A stretch of 64,000 nucleotides of DNA from an uncultured Gaiellaceae bacterium (GTDB taxonomy: Bacteria; Actinomycetota; Thermoleophilia; Gaiellales; Gaiellaceae): the NCBI GenBank assembly GCA_963733065.1, contig CAVTBT010000004.1:271183-335182 (forward strand), written 5' to 3'. Positions 30,452 through 39,410 of the stretch are shown here, one piece after another. Numbering within the stretch: the stretch's first letter is position 1; each line of letters opens with the position of its first letter. The translations under genes were made by a program, and so were the position numbers. The notes beneath the pieces are model-generated. The model was not told where the DNA came from, ran no database searches, and worked only from the letters and a program-made list of their open reading frames with translations.

Positions 30452-31633
30452 CTAGAGCGTGGGGACGACCTTGGCCCGGACGGCGCCGACGTAGCGCGCC
30501 TTGTTGCCCTCGATCTTGATCACGCGGTACTGCCGCCCGAAGACGGTGTGGTACTGGCGGGAGAAGGTGACCAGGCCCGACAGCGTCGGCACGTTCTTGA
30601 ACTTCTCCAGCTGCGCGGCGAGCCGGATGCCGCTCGTCGACCCACCGGCACGCTTGATTGCGGCGGCGACGCCGTCGATTGCCGCGGCGCCGGTGACGAA
30701 GCCGCCGGTGCCCGCCTTGACCTGCTTCGCCAGCGTGCGGACGGCCTTGTTCGGATCGTCGCCGAAGACCGACGCATAGGTCACGGCGTAGTAGTTCGTG
30801 ACCTGCGGGTTCTTCGGGTTCCAGTACGTGCCGTCACCCGCCCACGAGTTCAGGATCGCGGTGCGATTGCCGAGCGCGCGGAGGCCCGACACGAGCGCCG
30901 GCAGCTCGCCGAACGCCGTCGCCGTCACGATCACGTCCGCCGTGCGGCTGTTCAGCCGGCTGACCGCGTTCTGGACGTTGTTCGCTCCGGTCGCGTAGCT
31001 CTCGCGGGCGGCGATCTTGCCGCCCAGCTGCGTGAACCGCTTGTCGAACGCCTGCACGACGTTCTTGAAGTAGACGAGCAGCGTGTTCGTCGCGAGCGAC
31101 GCCGTCCGCCAGCCCTTGCGATAGGCGTACTCCGCCATCGCCGAGCCCTCGTCCTGGGCGAGGTTGCCGAAGCTGAACGCGAGGCGTCCCTTCGTGCCGA
31201 AGCGCTTCGGCCCCATCTGGTCGGTGCCGATGCACGGCGCCACCGCCAGCACGCCGCGGTTGATCGCCTCCTGCACGACGGGTGTCGCGAAGTCGACGTC
31301 GCACGTCGTGAAGATGACGTGCGAGCCCTGGCCGAGCAGCGACGCCGCACAGGACTTCGCCTTCGCCGGGTTGTTGTTGTTCGTGTCGCAGGTGAGGATC
31401 CGCAGCTGGCGGCCGTTGACGCCGCCACGGCTGTTCAGCTGGTTGACGCGAATCTTCGCGGCGGCCAGGGCAGGCCCGTCGAACGGGGCCATGTTGCCCT
31501 TGCTGTCGTACGCCCAGCCGATCGTGATCGGCGAGCCTCCCTTGCTCGCCGCCCTCACCGAACCGGCGACGACGGCCACGGCCACGGCCGCCGCGACGAG
31601 CACGGCGAGCGCAGCCCAGGTCCTACGTGTCAT
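30452..31633 (-). CDS. ABC transporter substrate-binding protein (LivK / type-I periplasmic binding fold)
   Basis: Start is ATG at 31633 with a signal peptide. It is the first gene of the transporter block. Confidence 0.82.
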   Translation of the reverse strand: MTRRTWAALAVLVAAAVAVAVVAGSVRAASKGGSPITIGWAYDSKGNMAPFDGPALAAAKIRVNQLNSRGGVNGRQLRILTCDTNNNNPAKAKSCAASLLGQGSHVIFTTCDVDFATPVVQEAINRGVLAVAPCIGTDQMGPKRFGTKGRLAFSFGNLAQDEGSAMAEYAYRKGWRTASLATNTLLVYFKNVVQAFDKRFTQLGGKIAARESYATGANNVQNAVSRLNSRTADVIVTATAFGELPALVSGLRALGNRTAILNSWAGDGTYWNPKNPQVTNYYAVTYASVFGDDPNKAVRTLAKQVKAGTGGFVTGAAAIDGVAAAIKRAGGSTSGIRLAAQLEKFKNVPTLSGLVTFSRQYHTVFGRQYRVIKIEGNKARYVGAVRAKVVPTL

Positions 31634-32604
31634 GACGCCCTCCTTGAAGCAGTTGACCCTTCTGGAACCGGTCCCTCGGACTCGGCCGACCACGACGCCT
31701 CCCTCGCCTTGATCAGCCTGTACATCGCTTCGTGCAGCGGTACGGGCACGCCGAGGCGCTGGGCCTCGCGCACGAGCGAGCCCGTGATGAGATCGACCTC
31801 CGTCGGCCGCCGGGCCTCGACGTCCTCCAGCATCGAAGGGTAGTGGGCGCTCCCCCTCCGCGTGGCGAGCACGTTCATCTCCCACGGATCGTCGTGTAGC
31901 TCGACCCCCGCGGCGGCGGCGACACGCTTGCCCTCCTCGACGAGCTCCTTGACGAGATGCCCAAGGTCGGTCGGCTCGTCGAGCTCGGCGAAGTGGCGGT
32001 CGTGCGGGAGCCCGGTCAGCGCGGCGACCGCGTTGACCGTGGCGTTGAAGATCAGCTTCGACCACTGGGCGGGCAGCAGGTCGGGCAGCGCCTCGGCCTT
32101 CAGGCCGGAGCGCTCGATCAGACCGGCGATCTCCTCGACCGTCTCGAACGACGTGTCCTCGTACGGGCCGAGCCACGTCGGCGTGTCGAGGATGTACTCC
32201 ACGTGGGTGTCGTCGTGGCGCGTGCCGCTCATGAACGTGACGGCGGAGACGATGGGCCAGTTGCCGCGGCGGCGGACGACCTGCTCGGCGCCGAGGCCGT
32301 TCAGCACCGGCATCACCGTGGCGCTCCGGAAGTGGCCGGCCATCGCTGCGGCGGCCGGCTCGAGGCCGGGCGCCTTCGTCGCCACGATCGCCAGGTCGGC
32401 GGGCTCGAGATCGCCGGGATCGTCGCTGGCCGTGACGGTCGCAGTGAAGTCGGACCGACCCGAGACGCGGAGCCCCTCGGTGTTCAGGGCGTCGGCGTGC
32501 TCTCGGCGTCGCGTGAGCACGCTGACCTCGGCCTCCCGGGCGAGGTGCCCGGCGAAGAGGCTGCCGATGACCCCGCCTCCCACGACGCAGACTCGCTCGA
32601 TCAG
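31630..32604 (-). CDS. 2-dehydropantoate 2-reductase family oxidoreductase (PanE/ApbA-like), copy 2
   Basis: Contains VCVVGGGVIGSLFAGHLA (Rossmann fold) and ..SMLEDVEARRPTEVD.. The start is uncertain: there is no ATG/GTG/TTG upstream of the Rossmann strand. CTG at 32604 forms a CTGA overlap with the LLM stop; GTG at 32583 is the alternative. Confidence 0.7.
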   Translation of the reverse strand: MIERVCVVGGGVIGSLFAGHLAREAEVSVLTRRREHADALNTEGLRVSGRSDFTATVTASDDPGDLEPADLAIVATKAPGLEPAAAAMAGHFRSATVMPVLNGLGAEQVVRRRGNWPIVSAVTFMSGTRHDDTHVEYILDTPTWLGPYEDTSFETVEEIAGLIERSGLKAEALPDLLPAQWSKLIFNATVNAVAALTGLPHDRHFAELDEPTDLGHLVKELVEEGKRVAAAAGVELHDDPWEMNVLATRRGSAHYPSMLEDVEARRPTEVDLITGSLVREAQRLGVPVPLHEAMYRLIKAREASWSAESEGPVPEGSTASRRAS

Positions 32605-33686
32605 ACCCCGACCGCCTCCGACTCCCGCGCGCGGGCCGCGAAGTGCGGGACCACGCGGCTCGCGAACAGCTCCTGATTCTTGATCGCCTGCCAGTGGTCG
32701 GCGCCGCCCGCGTTGACGGTGATGCCGATCTCGCCGATCCCGGTACACGTCTCGAGCGTGGCCTCGATGCGCTCGATCACGTCGTCGGGCGTCCCCACCC
32801 AGACGTAGTCGTCGGCCACGAGCTGCTCGAACGGGATCTCGACGAGCGACTCCATGATCCCCGCGGTGTAGAAGCCGTAGTCGGCCTTGATCAGGTCGTC
32901 CTTCGGCGGCTTGTCGTATTCGATGAGCGGCGACGAGTTTCCGGCGATGAACCCCAGCATCCACTCCTTCGCCTCGCGCATCGCCGTCTCGCGGTCGTCG
33001 TCCAGGTGCACGGCGTGGATCCACACGATGTCCGGTTCGGTGCCGAACTCGGCGCACTTCTCGCGATAGAGATCCATCTGCTTCTCGAGCGCCGCGTACG
33101 GGAGCAGCGGCGGCACCGCCACCGACCAGCCGTGCTCGGCGGCGAGCTCGTAGGTGCGATCGGACGTGCCGCCGAGCGTGACCCGGAACTTGCGGTCGGG
33201 GAACGGGATGATGTGCGAGTCGCCAACCTGGAAGTACTCGCCGCTGTGGGAGAACCGCTCGTTCGCGAGCGCCTCGAAGAGCAGGTCGACGGCCTCCTCG
33301 TACCGCGGCCGCGCGTGCTCGTCGAGTGGCACGCCCGCCTTGGGCGGGATCCAGCCGTGGCCGCGTCCGACTCCGAACTCGTAGCGGCCCTGCGTGAGGA
33401 TGTCCGTGACGGCGATGGCCGAGGCCAGGACGGTCGGGTTGTGGAACGGCAGCGCGTGCAGCATCGTCCGGAAGTTGATGCGCTTCGTCCGCTGCGCGGC
33501 GGCGGCGAAGAGCGCCGTCGGGTTGGCCGAGATCGAGAACTTCGGGAAGAAGTAGTGCTCGATGACGGCGTAGACGTCGTAGCCGAGCCGGTCGGCGTTG
33601 ACCATCTGCTCCAGCACCTCGTCGTACAGCTGCTCCGGCGATTTCCCCGGATGCAGCTGGATCTCCGAGTACAGGCTGAACCTCAC
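32601..33686 (-). CDS. LLM-class (luciferase-like) flavin-dependent oxidoreductase
   Basis: Reads (M)RFSLYSEIQLHPGKSPEQLYDEVLEQMVNADRLGYDVYAVIEHYF... Start is GTG at 33686, 9 nt after AGGAGG. Confidence 0.8.
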   Translation of the reverse strand: MRFSLYSEIQLHPGKSPEQLYDEVLEQMVNADRLGYDVYAVIEHYFFPKFSISANPTALFAAAAQRTKRINFRTMLHALPFHNPTVLASAIAVTDILTQGRYEFGVGRGHGWIPPKAGVPLDEHARPRYEEAVDLLFEALANERFSHSGEYFQVGDSHIIPFPDRKFRVTLGGTSDRTYELAAEHGWSVAVPPLLPYAALEKQMDLYREKCAEFGTEPDIVWIHAVHLDDDRETAMREAKEWMLGFIAGNSSPLIEYDKPPKDDLIKADYGFYTAGIMESLVEIPFEQLVADDYVWVGTPDDVIERIEATLETCTGIGEIGITVNAGGADHWQAIKNQELFASRVVPHFAARARESEAVGV

Positions 33687-33704
33687 GGGCCTCACCCTCC
33701 TACC

Positions 33705-33718
33705 GTGTGACATGTCTC
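33705..33718. promoter_or_regulatory. operator-like palindrome copy 1 (GTGTGACATGTCTC; 9/10 match to TGACATGTCA)
   Basis: Lies between the putative -10 and the Shine-Dalgarno sequence of the LLM/ABC operon. Confidence 0.55.
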
Positions 33719-33740
33719 GGGCGAGGCGGAGTATCCCGCG

Positions 33741-33754
33741 GTGTGACATGTCAC
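33741..33754. promoter_or_regulatory. operator-like palindrome copy 2 (GTGTGACATGTCAC), flanked on the minus strand by -35-like TTGACG (33752-33757) and -10-like GATACT
   Basis: Perfect palindrome, 36 bp centre to centre from copy 1. Confidence 0.6.
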
Positions 33755-33837
33755 GTCAATGGCGCATATCGGCTACGCCGACTGCGCCCAGGAACTCCCG
33801 TGCGGAGCCGCCTGGGCTTTCTGGGCGGTTCTCGCCG

Positions 33838-34233
33838 TCAGGCGAGAACCGCCGTGACCTCGATCTCGATCACGCACCCGGGCACGGCCAGCCCGGTGAC
33901 GCCGACGATCGTCTGCGCCGGATGCTCCGCGCCGCCGGTGACGTCGTCGATGGCGCGCGTGATGGTCTCGTACTCGGTCGGCTGGAGCGTGTAGATCGTC
34001 CGGCGCACGACGTCGTCCCAGCCGACCCCGGCCGAGTCCATCGCCACCTTGACGTTCTCCATCGCCTTGCGCGTCTGGCCGTAGAGGTCGTCGGCCGCGA
34101 GCGAGAAGTCCTGCTCCAGCCCGAGCTGGCCCGCGAAGTGGACGACCGCCGTGCCCCGCGCGAGCGCCACGTGGCTGAAGCCGGGCGCCGGGTGGAGGTC
34201 GGGCGGGTTCGACAGCTCACGGTGGTGGGACAT
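33838..34233 (-). CDS. RidA family protein (YjgF/YER057c/UK114)
   Basis: 131 aa. Contains ..HFAGQLG.. and ..IVGVTGLAVPGCVIEIEVTAV.., typical of RidA. Confidence 0.85.
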   Translation of the reverse strand: MSHHRELSNPPDLHPAPGFSHVALARGTAVVHFAGQLGLEQDFSLAADDLYGQTRKAMENVKVAMDSAGVGWDDVVRRTIYTLQPTEYETITRAIDDVTGGAEHPAQTIVGVTGLAVPGCVIEIEVTAVLA

Positions 34234-35410
34234 GTCGCGCTCCTCTCGCCAGTCGTCTGAACTCCGAGTCGGTCACGAGCCCGCCCTTGCGCACGCCGAG
34301 CGCCTTGACCTTCGCCAGCACGTCGGCGTAGCGCTCCTCCGGCAGGTCGACGCCCAGTTGCTCGACCTTGATGCGGATCGAGTCGAGCCCGCTCTTCTTG
34401 CCGAGCACGATGCCGCGCTGTGCGCCGATGAGCTCGCCGGCGTACGGCTCGATGGCCGGTGGATCGTGGAACTGCGCCGCGACCGCACCCGATTCGCGCG
34501 TAAAGAGATTCTCGCCGGTGACGGGCTTCCACGGCTCCAGTGGCGTGCCGGCGGTCTCGGCCACCAGCCGGCCGAGCGCGCGTGCTCGCTCGAGCCGCAG
34601 CCTCGTCGGGATGGCGTAGAGGGCCTCGAGCGCGAGCGCCACCTCGAGCAGGTTCGCGTTCCCGCCCCGTTCGCCCATCCCGTTGATCGTCCCCTGCACC
34701 CAGGTTGCGCCGGCCTGCACTGCGGCAACCGCAGCCGCGGTCGCGAGCCCGAAGTCGTCGTGGCCGTGCCAGTGCACCGGAAAGGCGTCGCCCAGCCACT
34801 CGACCACCGAGCCGACGAGGAACGCGGCAGCCTCGGGCGTCGCGACCCCGAGCGTGTCGACGACGACGACCTCGCGAGCGCCCGCCTCGACCGCCGCCTC
34901 GTAGGCCTCGCGGACGAAACCGAGGTCGGCACGCGTGCCGTCGACGCCGAAGTAGGCGACGGTCACTCCGGCGGCGCTCGCCGCACCCACGGCCGTCCGG
35001 ATGCGGTCCAGCATCGTCTCGCGCGTGACACCGAGCGCCGCGAGCTTGGCGTCGGAGATCGGGCTCTCGACCACTGCGGCGCGGACGCCCAGCTCCGCGA
35101 GCGCCTCGACGTCCGCGGGCACGGCGCGTGCGAAGCCCCAGACCTCGGCTTGCAGATCTTCCTGCATGATCAGGCGAATGGCCTCGGCGTCCTCCTCCGA
35201 GACGCGGGGAAAGCCGGCCTCGATGCGGTCGATTCCGGCGTCGTCGAGCGCCTTCGCGATGGTCACCTTGTCCTCGGGCGACAGCACCACGCCGACCGTC
35301 TGCTCACCGTCGCGGAGCGTCGTGTCGTAGAGCCCGACGGTCACGTGCGGCTGCGGTTCCAGCGCACGCCGGTTCAAATCGCCGGTCCAGACCTTCGAGC
35401 GGTCGAGCAT
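34217..35410 (-). CDS. HMGL-like (DRE-TIM) carboxyltransferase / homocitrate-citramalate-isopropylmalate synthase family enzyme
   Basis: Contains LYDTTLRDGEQ, HWHGHDDFGLATA and GTINGMGERGGNA motifs. Confidence 0.75.
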   Translation of the reverse strand: MLDRSKVWTGDLNRRALEPQPHVTVGLYDTTLRDGEQTVGVVLSPEDKVTIAKALDDAGIDRIEAGFPRVSEEDAEAIRLIMQEDLQAEVWGFARAVPADVEALAELGVRAAVVESPISDAKLAALGVTRETMLDRIRTAVGAASAAGVTVAYFGVDGTRADLGFVREAYEAAVEAGAREVVVVDTLGVATPEAAAFLVGSVVEWLGDAFPVHWHGHDDFGLATAAAVAAVQAGATWVQGTINGMGERGGNANLLEVALALEALYAIPTRLRLERARALGRLVAETAGTPLEPWKPVTGENLFTRESGAVAAQFHDPPAIEPYAGELIGAQRGIVLGKKSGLDSIRIKVEQLGVDLPEERYADVLAKVKALGVRKGGLVTDSEFRRLARGARHVPPP

Positions 35411-35469
35411 GAACGGACTATCGCATCGCGCGCTTGTCGCCTGCCGTCTACTGCCGGATACTCACGCCC

Positions 35470-36762
35470 GTGATCTTCGAGCCCGGCGTCGAGACGATGC
35501 CGCGCGAGCAGCTCCGTGAGCTGCAGGTGCAACGCCTCCGCGGGGTCGTGGCAGCCGTGAAGGACGCGGTGCCGCTGTACCGCGAGCGCCTCGCGGACGT
35601 CGAGTCGAACGGCATCCGTGCCCTCGACGACCTGAGCCGGTTGCCGTTCACCCGCAAGGACGACCTGCGCGACACCTATCCGTTCGGCCTGTTCGCCGTG
35701 CCGCGGGAGCGCATCGCGCGCCTCCACGCCTCGTCGGGGACGACGGGCAAGCCGACGGTCGTCGGGTACACCGCACACGATCTCGACGTCTTCGCGCGGG
35801 TCGTCGCGCGCTGCCTCGCCATGGCCGGCGCGGAGCCGGGGATGACGCTGCACAACGCGTACGGCTACGGCCTCTTCACCGGCGGTCTCGGCCTGCACGA
35901 CGGCGGCGGCCGCCTCGGGCTGTCGGTCGTGCCCGTGTCCGGGGGCATGACGGAGCGGCAGGTGACCCTCATCGCCGACCTGCGCCCGGACGTGATCGCC
36001 TGCACGCCGAGCTACGCGCTGACGCTCGTGCAGGCGCTCCACGACCACGGCCTCGTGCCGCAGGAGATCAGCCTCCGCTTCGCCGTGCTCGGAGCAGAGC
36101 CGTGGACCGAGCGCATGCGTGACGACATCGACGCCGGCCTCGGCGTCCGCTGCACGAATCTCTTCGGGCTCTCCGAGATCATCGGCCCCGGCGTCTCCGG
36201 GGAATGCGTGGAGGCCCGAAGCGGCCTGCACGTGAACGAGGACCATTTCTTCCCGGAGGTCGTCGACCCGGAGACCGGCGCGCAGCTCGCGGACGGCGAG
36301 GAGGGGGTGCTCGTCATCACGACGCTCACGAAGGAGGCGCTGCCACTCGTCCGCTACTGGACCGGCGACCTCACGACGCTGACCTCGGAGCCCTGCGCCT
36401 GCGGCAGGACACTCGTCCGGATGGGGCCGATCGTGGGCCGGACGGACGACATGCTGATCGTGCGCGGCGTCAACGTCTACCCGTCGCAGGTGGGAGCAGT
36501 GCTGGGCAGCCTGCCGGAGCTGTCGCCGCACTTCGGCCTCGAGGTGCGCCGCGAGGGCACGCTGGACGAGGTCGAGGTCGTCGCGGAGCTGACGACCGAC
36601 GCTGCAGCCGCAGCCGACACCGCGCTGCAGCAGCGTGCCGAGCAGCTCCTCAGGGAGACGATCGGCTGCACGATGCACGTCCGGCTCGTCCAGCCCGGCG
36701 AGGCACCCCGCTCCGAAGGCGGCAAGATCCAGCGGGTAAGCGATCTGCGCACCCGAGCCTGA
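35470..36762 (+). CDS. phenylacetate-CoA ligase family (PaaK / coenzyme F390 synthetase-like) adenylate-forming enzyme
   Basis: Contains LPFTRKDDLRDTYPFGL, HASSGTTGKPT, YGLSE-like FGLSEIIGPG and GRTDDMLIVRGVNVYP motifs. Confidence 0.8.
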   Translation: MIFEPGVETMPREQLRELQVQRLRGVVAAVKDAVPLYRERLADVESNGIRALDDLSRLPFTRKDDLRDTYPFGLFAVPRERIARLHASSGTTGKPTVVGYTAHDLDVFARVVARCLAMAGAEPGMTLHNAYGYGLFTGGLGLHDGGGRLGLSVVPVSGGMTERQVTLIADLRPDVIACTPSYALTLVQALHDHGLVPQEISLRFAVLGAEPWTERMRDDIDAGLGVRCTNLFGLSEIIGPGVSGECVEARSGLHVNEDHFFPEVVDPETGAQLADGEEGVLVITTLTKEALPLVRYWTGDLTTLTSEPCACGRTLVRMGPIVGRTDDMLIVRGVNVYPSQVGAVLGSLPELSPHFGLEVRREGTLDEVEVVAELTTDAAAAADTALQQRAEQLLRETIGCTMHVRLVQPGEAPRSEGGKIQRVSDLRTRA

Positions 36763-36801
36763 CCCACCCCCGGTGGTGGAGCCTCGGCGTGGAGCGCGTT
36801 G

Positions 36802-37176
36802 CTAGGGGCGAATCTCTTGCAGGATCCAGCTGTTGCCGTCCGGATCGCTGAAGAACGCGAACAGGAACCCGCCCAGGTCGCGCGGCTCGCTGATCTCGAC
36901 CCCGCGCGCCACGAGCTCGTCGCGCGCGGCGGCCATGTCCGTGACGACCAGCTGGAGACCCTCGACTGATCCCGGCTCCATCTGGGAGAGCCCGGTGCCG
37001 ATCGCGATCGAGCAGTACGAGCCGGGCGGCGTCAGCTGCACGACCCGCATCCCGTTGTCGAAGCTCCGGTCGTGGTCGGCGTTGAACCCGACCTGGTCGG
37101 TGTAGAACGCCTTCGCGCGGTCGACGTCCGCGACCGGAACCTGCACCACCTCGAGCCTGAAGTCCACGCCGGCCAC
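36802..37176 (-). CDS. VOC (glyoxalase/bleomycin-resistance/dioxygenase) family protein
   Basis: Contains ..AKAFYTDQVGF.. and ..FFSDPDGNSWILQE.. Start is GTG at 37176. Confidence 0.7.
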   Translation of the reverse strand: MAGVDFRLEVVQVPVADVDRAKAFYTDQVGFNADHDRSFDNGMRVVQLTPPGSYCSIAIGTGLSQMEPGSVEGLQLVVTDMAAARDELVARGVEISEPRDLGGFLFAFFSDPDGNSWILQEIRP

Positions 37177-37219
37177 CTTACGCGAGCTCGGCGAGGCGAT
37201 CGGTGAGCACGACTCGGTG

Positions 37220-38437
37220 CTAGGCGGCGATGATGCCGTCGGGGAACGGCGAGAGCTGCTCGACGCCGCTCTCAGTGACCAGGAAGTTGTCCTCGACCCG
37301 GAGTCCGCCGCCCTCCGGCCAGTAGACGCCCGGCTCGATCGCGAGCACCATCCCACTCTCGACGGCGCCCCCGCCCGCCTGGTGGGCGTAGGGCGGCTCG
37401 TGCGCGCGGGCGCCGACGCCGTGAGCGATCGGATGCGACGGCTGACCGGGGTAGCCGGCCTCCGCGATCGACCGTCGGCACTCGCGGTCGAGGTCGGCGA
37501 GGCTCGCCCCCGGTCTGACCAGGCTGGTTGTGGAGGTGTACACCTCCATCAGCGCCTGCTCGAGCTCGCGGTAGCGGTCCTCGAGCTCGCCGCAGACGAG
37601 GTTCTTCGTGTGGTCGCACCAGTAGCCGTCGGCGCAGACCCAGATCTCGAAGAGCGTCGGCTGGCCCTCGACGACCGGGCGGTTGGACGTCGCCGTGAAC
37701 GTGCGGATCCCGGGCCCGGACCACACGAGCGAGAAGCCGAGCGCGAGCTCGACCGCTCCACCCCAGCCGGTGCCTTCGCCGTGCACGAACCCCTCCCACT
37801 CCGCCGCGACCTGGGCCTCCGTCAGGCCCGGCCTGATCACCCCTCGTACGTGATCCATCGCCGCCGCGGCGATCTCGTTCGCGAGTCTCATGCGCGCGAT
37901 CTCCTGCTCGGTCTTGATCGCGCGCGCCTCGTTCAGGAGCGGCGTCGCGTCGTCGGCCTCCGGAAACGCGTCGAACCACGCCTTCGGGTACGTCGTCGGC
38001 TCGCCGACCATCCGGTCCGCGGCCTGCGTTCCCATCGAAAGCTCGAGGCCCACGCGGCCGAAGCCGCCGGCGATCTGACGGGCAAGATCGAGCGTGCGGA
38101 GACCCGGCGGCCTCGGGTCGGTCTCGGCGTAGCCGGCGAAGAAGCGCACGTCGCTCGTCCACGCCATCCGGTCGGCGTCGGCCTCCGAGGCCTCGAGGCA
38201 GATCAGCACTGGGTCGCCGTCGCGCGGGAAGACAACGGCGTCGTAGCCCTTCATCCCCCAGAAGTTCGTGAGGTACAGGACGTTGTCGGGCGCGCGCACC
38301 ACGAGCGCATCGAGGTCGTACTGGCCCATGAGCGCACGGACGCGGTCGAGCTTCGGATCGTCGCGCGGCCAGGTCATCGACTGCGCCGCAGCCGACAGCC
38401 GCGCGCCGAGAGCGCCGAATCGGCACAGATCCGACAC
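37220..38437 (-). CDS. M24 family metallohydrolase (Xaa-Pro dipeptidase / creatinase-like), copy 2
   Basis: Contains YDLDALVVRAPDNVLYLTNF, ..IKTEQEIARMR.., ..HPIAHGVGARAHEPP.. and ..LAIEPG..RVED.. An alternative start is at 38377 (MTWPRDD). Confidence 0.75.
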   Translation of the reverse strand: MSDLCRFGALGARLSAAAQSMTWPRDDPKLDRVRALMGQYDLDALVVRAPDNVLYLTNFWGMKGYDAVVFPRDGDPVLICLEASEADADRMAWTSDVRFFAGYAETDPRPPGLRTLDLARQIAGGFGRVGLELSMGTQAADRMVGEPTTYPKAWFDAFPEADDATPLLNEARAIKTEQEIARMRLANEIAAAAMDHVRGVIRPGLTEAQVAAEWEGFVHGEGTGWGGAVELALGFSLVWSGPGIRTFTATSNRPVVEGQPTLFEIWVCADGYWCDHTKNLVCGELEDRYRELEQALMEVYTSTTSLVRPGASLADLDRECRRSIAEAGYPGQPSHPIAHGVGARAHEPPYAHQAGGGAVESGMVLAIEPGVYWPEGGGLRVEDNFLVTESGVEQLSPFPDGIIAA

Positions 38438-38543
38438 GAACGCGTGCGGATGTCATGGGTATCGTCGATCGCCGAGGGAGGCGGGAAGGCGCCCCACCCA
38501 GGGTGGGGGTGCGCTTGCGGCGACGCGCCCCGCAAAGTGCGCG

Positions 38544-39410
38544 TCACCACCGGACGCGGGCAGGCGCCGGCTCGCCGTGCGCCTCTTGCCACGACACGAC
38601 GGGGTTCCGCAGCACGCCGATGCCTTCGATCTCGCACTCCATCACGTCGCCCGGGCGCAGATAGAGCGACGCGGCATCCTCGGAGAAGCCCGCCACCCCG
38701 GACACGGTCCCCGTCGAGACGACATCCCCCGCGGAGTAGCCGAGCGCCGAGTAGTGGCTCACGATCTCCGGGATCGTGACGCTCATGTTCCCCGAGTGCG
38801 ACGTCTGGCGCGGGGCGCCGTTGACGCGGAGCTCCATCCGCAGATCGTGCGGATCCGGGATCTCGTCGGGCGTGACGATCCACGGCCCGAGCGGACAGAA
38901 CGTGTCGATCGCCTTGCAGAAGCTGAACACGCCCGACCGCATCTCGCGTCGCTGGATGTCTCGCGCCGTGATGTCGTTGAAGATCACGTAGCCGGCCACG
39001 TACTCTGTTGCCTCCTCCGGCGAGAACCACTTCCCGGCCTTGCCGATCACCACGGCGAGCTCCAGCTCGTAGTCGAGCTCCTCCGTCAGGTGCTCGGGGT
39101 ACACGACCGGATCGTCCGGGCCGACGATCGCGTCGACGTTCTGGAAGAACACGATCCAGGGCGCGATCTCGTGGGTCCAGCCGATGGTCTTCGACTCCTC
39201 CTCGTGCTCGCGGAAGTTGCCCGCCGTGTGGAAGAACTTCTTCGGGACGATCGGAGCCCGGAGCCGGGCCCCCTCGAGTGCGACGCGCTCGCCCGTGTCC
39301 GCCGCGCCGCCGCGCTCGAAGTACTCACGCATCGTCGCGACGTCGAGGACGGCGATCTCGTCGCCGTCGACGCGGCCGACGCGGCCCTCGCCGAACGTGA
39401 CGAGCTTCAT
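38544..39410 (-). CDS. fumarylacetoacetate hydrolase (FAH) family protein
   Basis: Starts MKLVTF. Contains ..DYELELAVVIGK.. and ..STGTVSGV.. Overlaps the M20 gene by ATGA. Confidence 0.85.
   Translation of the reverse strand: MKLVTFGEGRVGRVDGDEIAVLDVATMREYFERGGAADTGERVALEGARLRAPIVPKKFFHTAGNFREHEEESKTIGWTHEIAPWIVFFQNVDAIVGPDDPVVYPEHLTEELDYELELAVVIGKAGKWFSPEEATEYVAGYVIFNDITARDIQRREMRSGVFSFCKAIDTFCPLGPWIVTPDEIPDPHDLRMELRVNGAPRQTSHSGNMSVTIPEIVSHYSALGYSAGDVVSTGTVSGVAGFSEDAASLYLRPGDVMECEIEGIGVLRNPVVSWQEAHGEPAPARVRW

Noticed and set aside
34228-34239. GGGACATGTCGC at the RidA start, and the half-site GTGACATGACG at 63395-63405, as additional operator copies
   Set aside because: Only the central 8-mer or one half-site matches. 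With this little similarity, chance (an ATG start-codon context) cannot be excluded, so they are not counted in the regulon.
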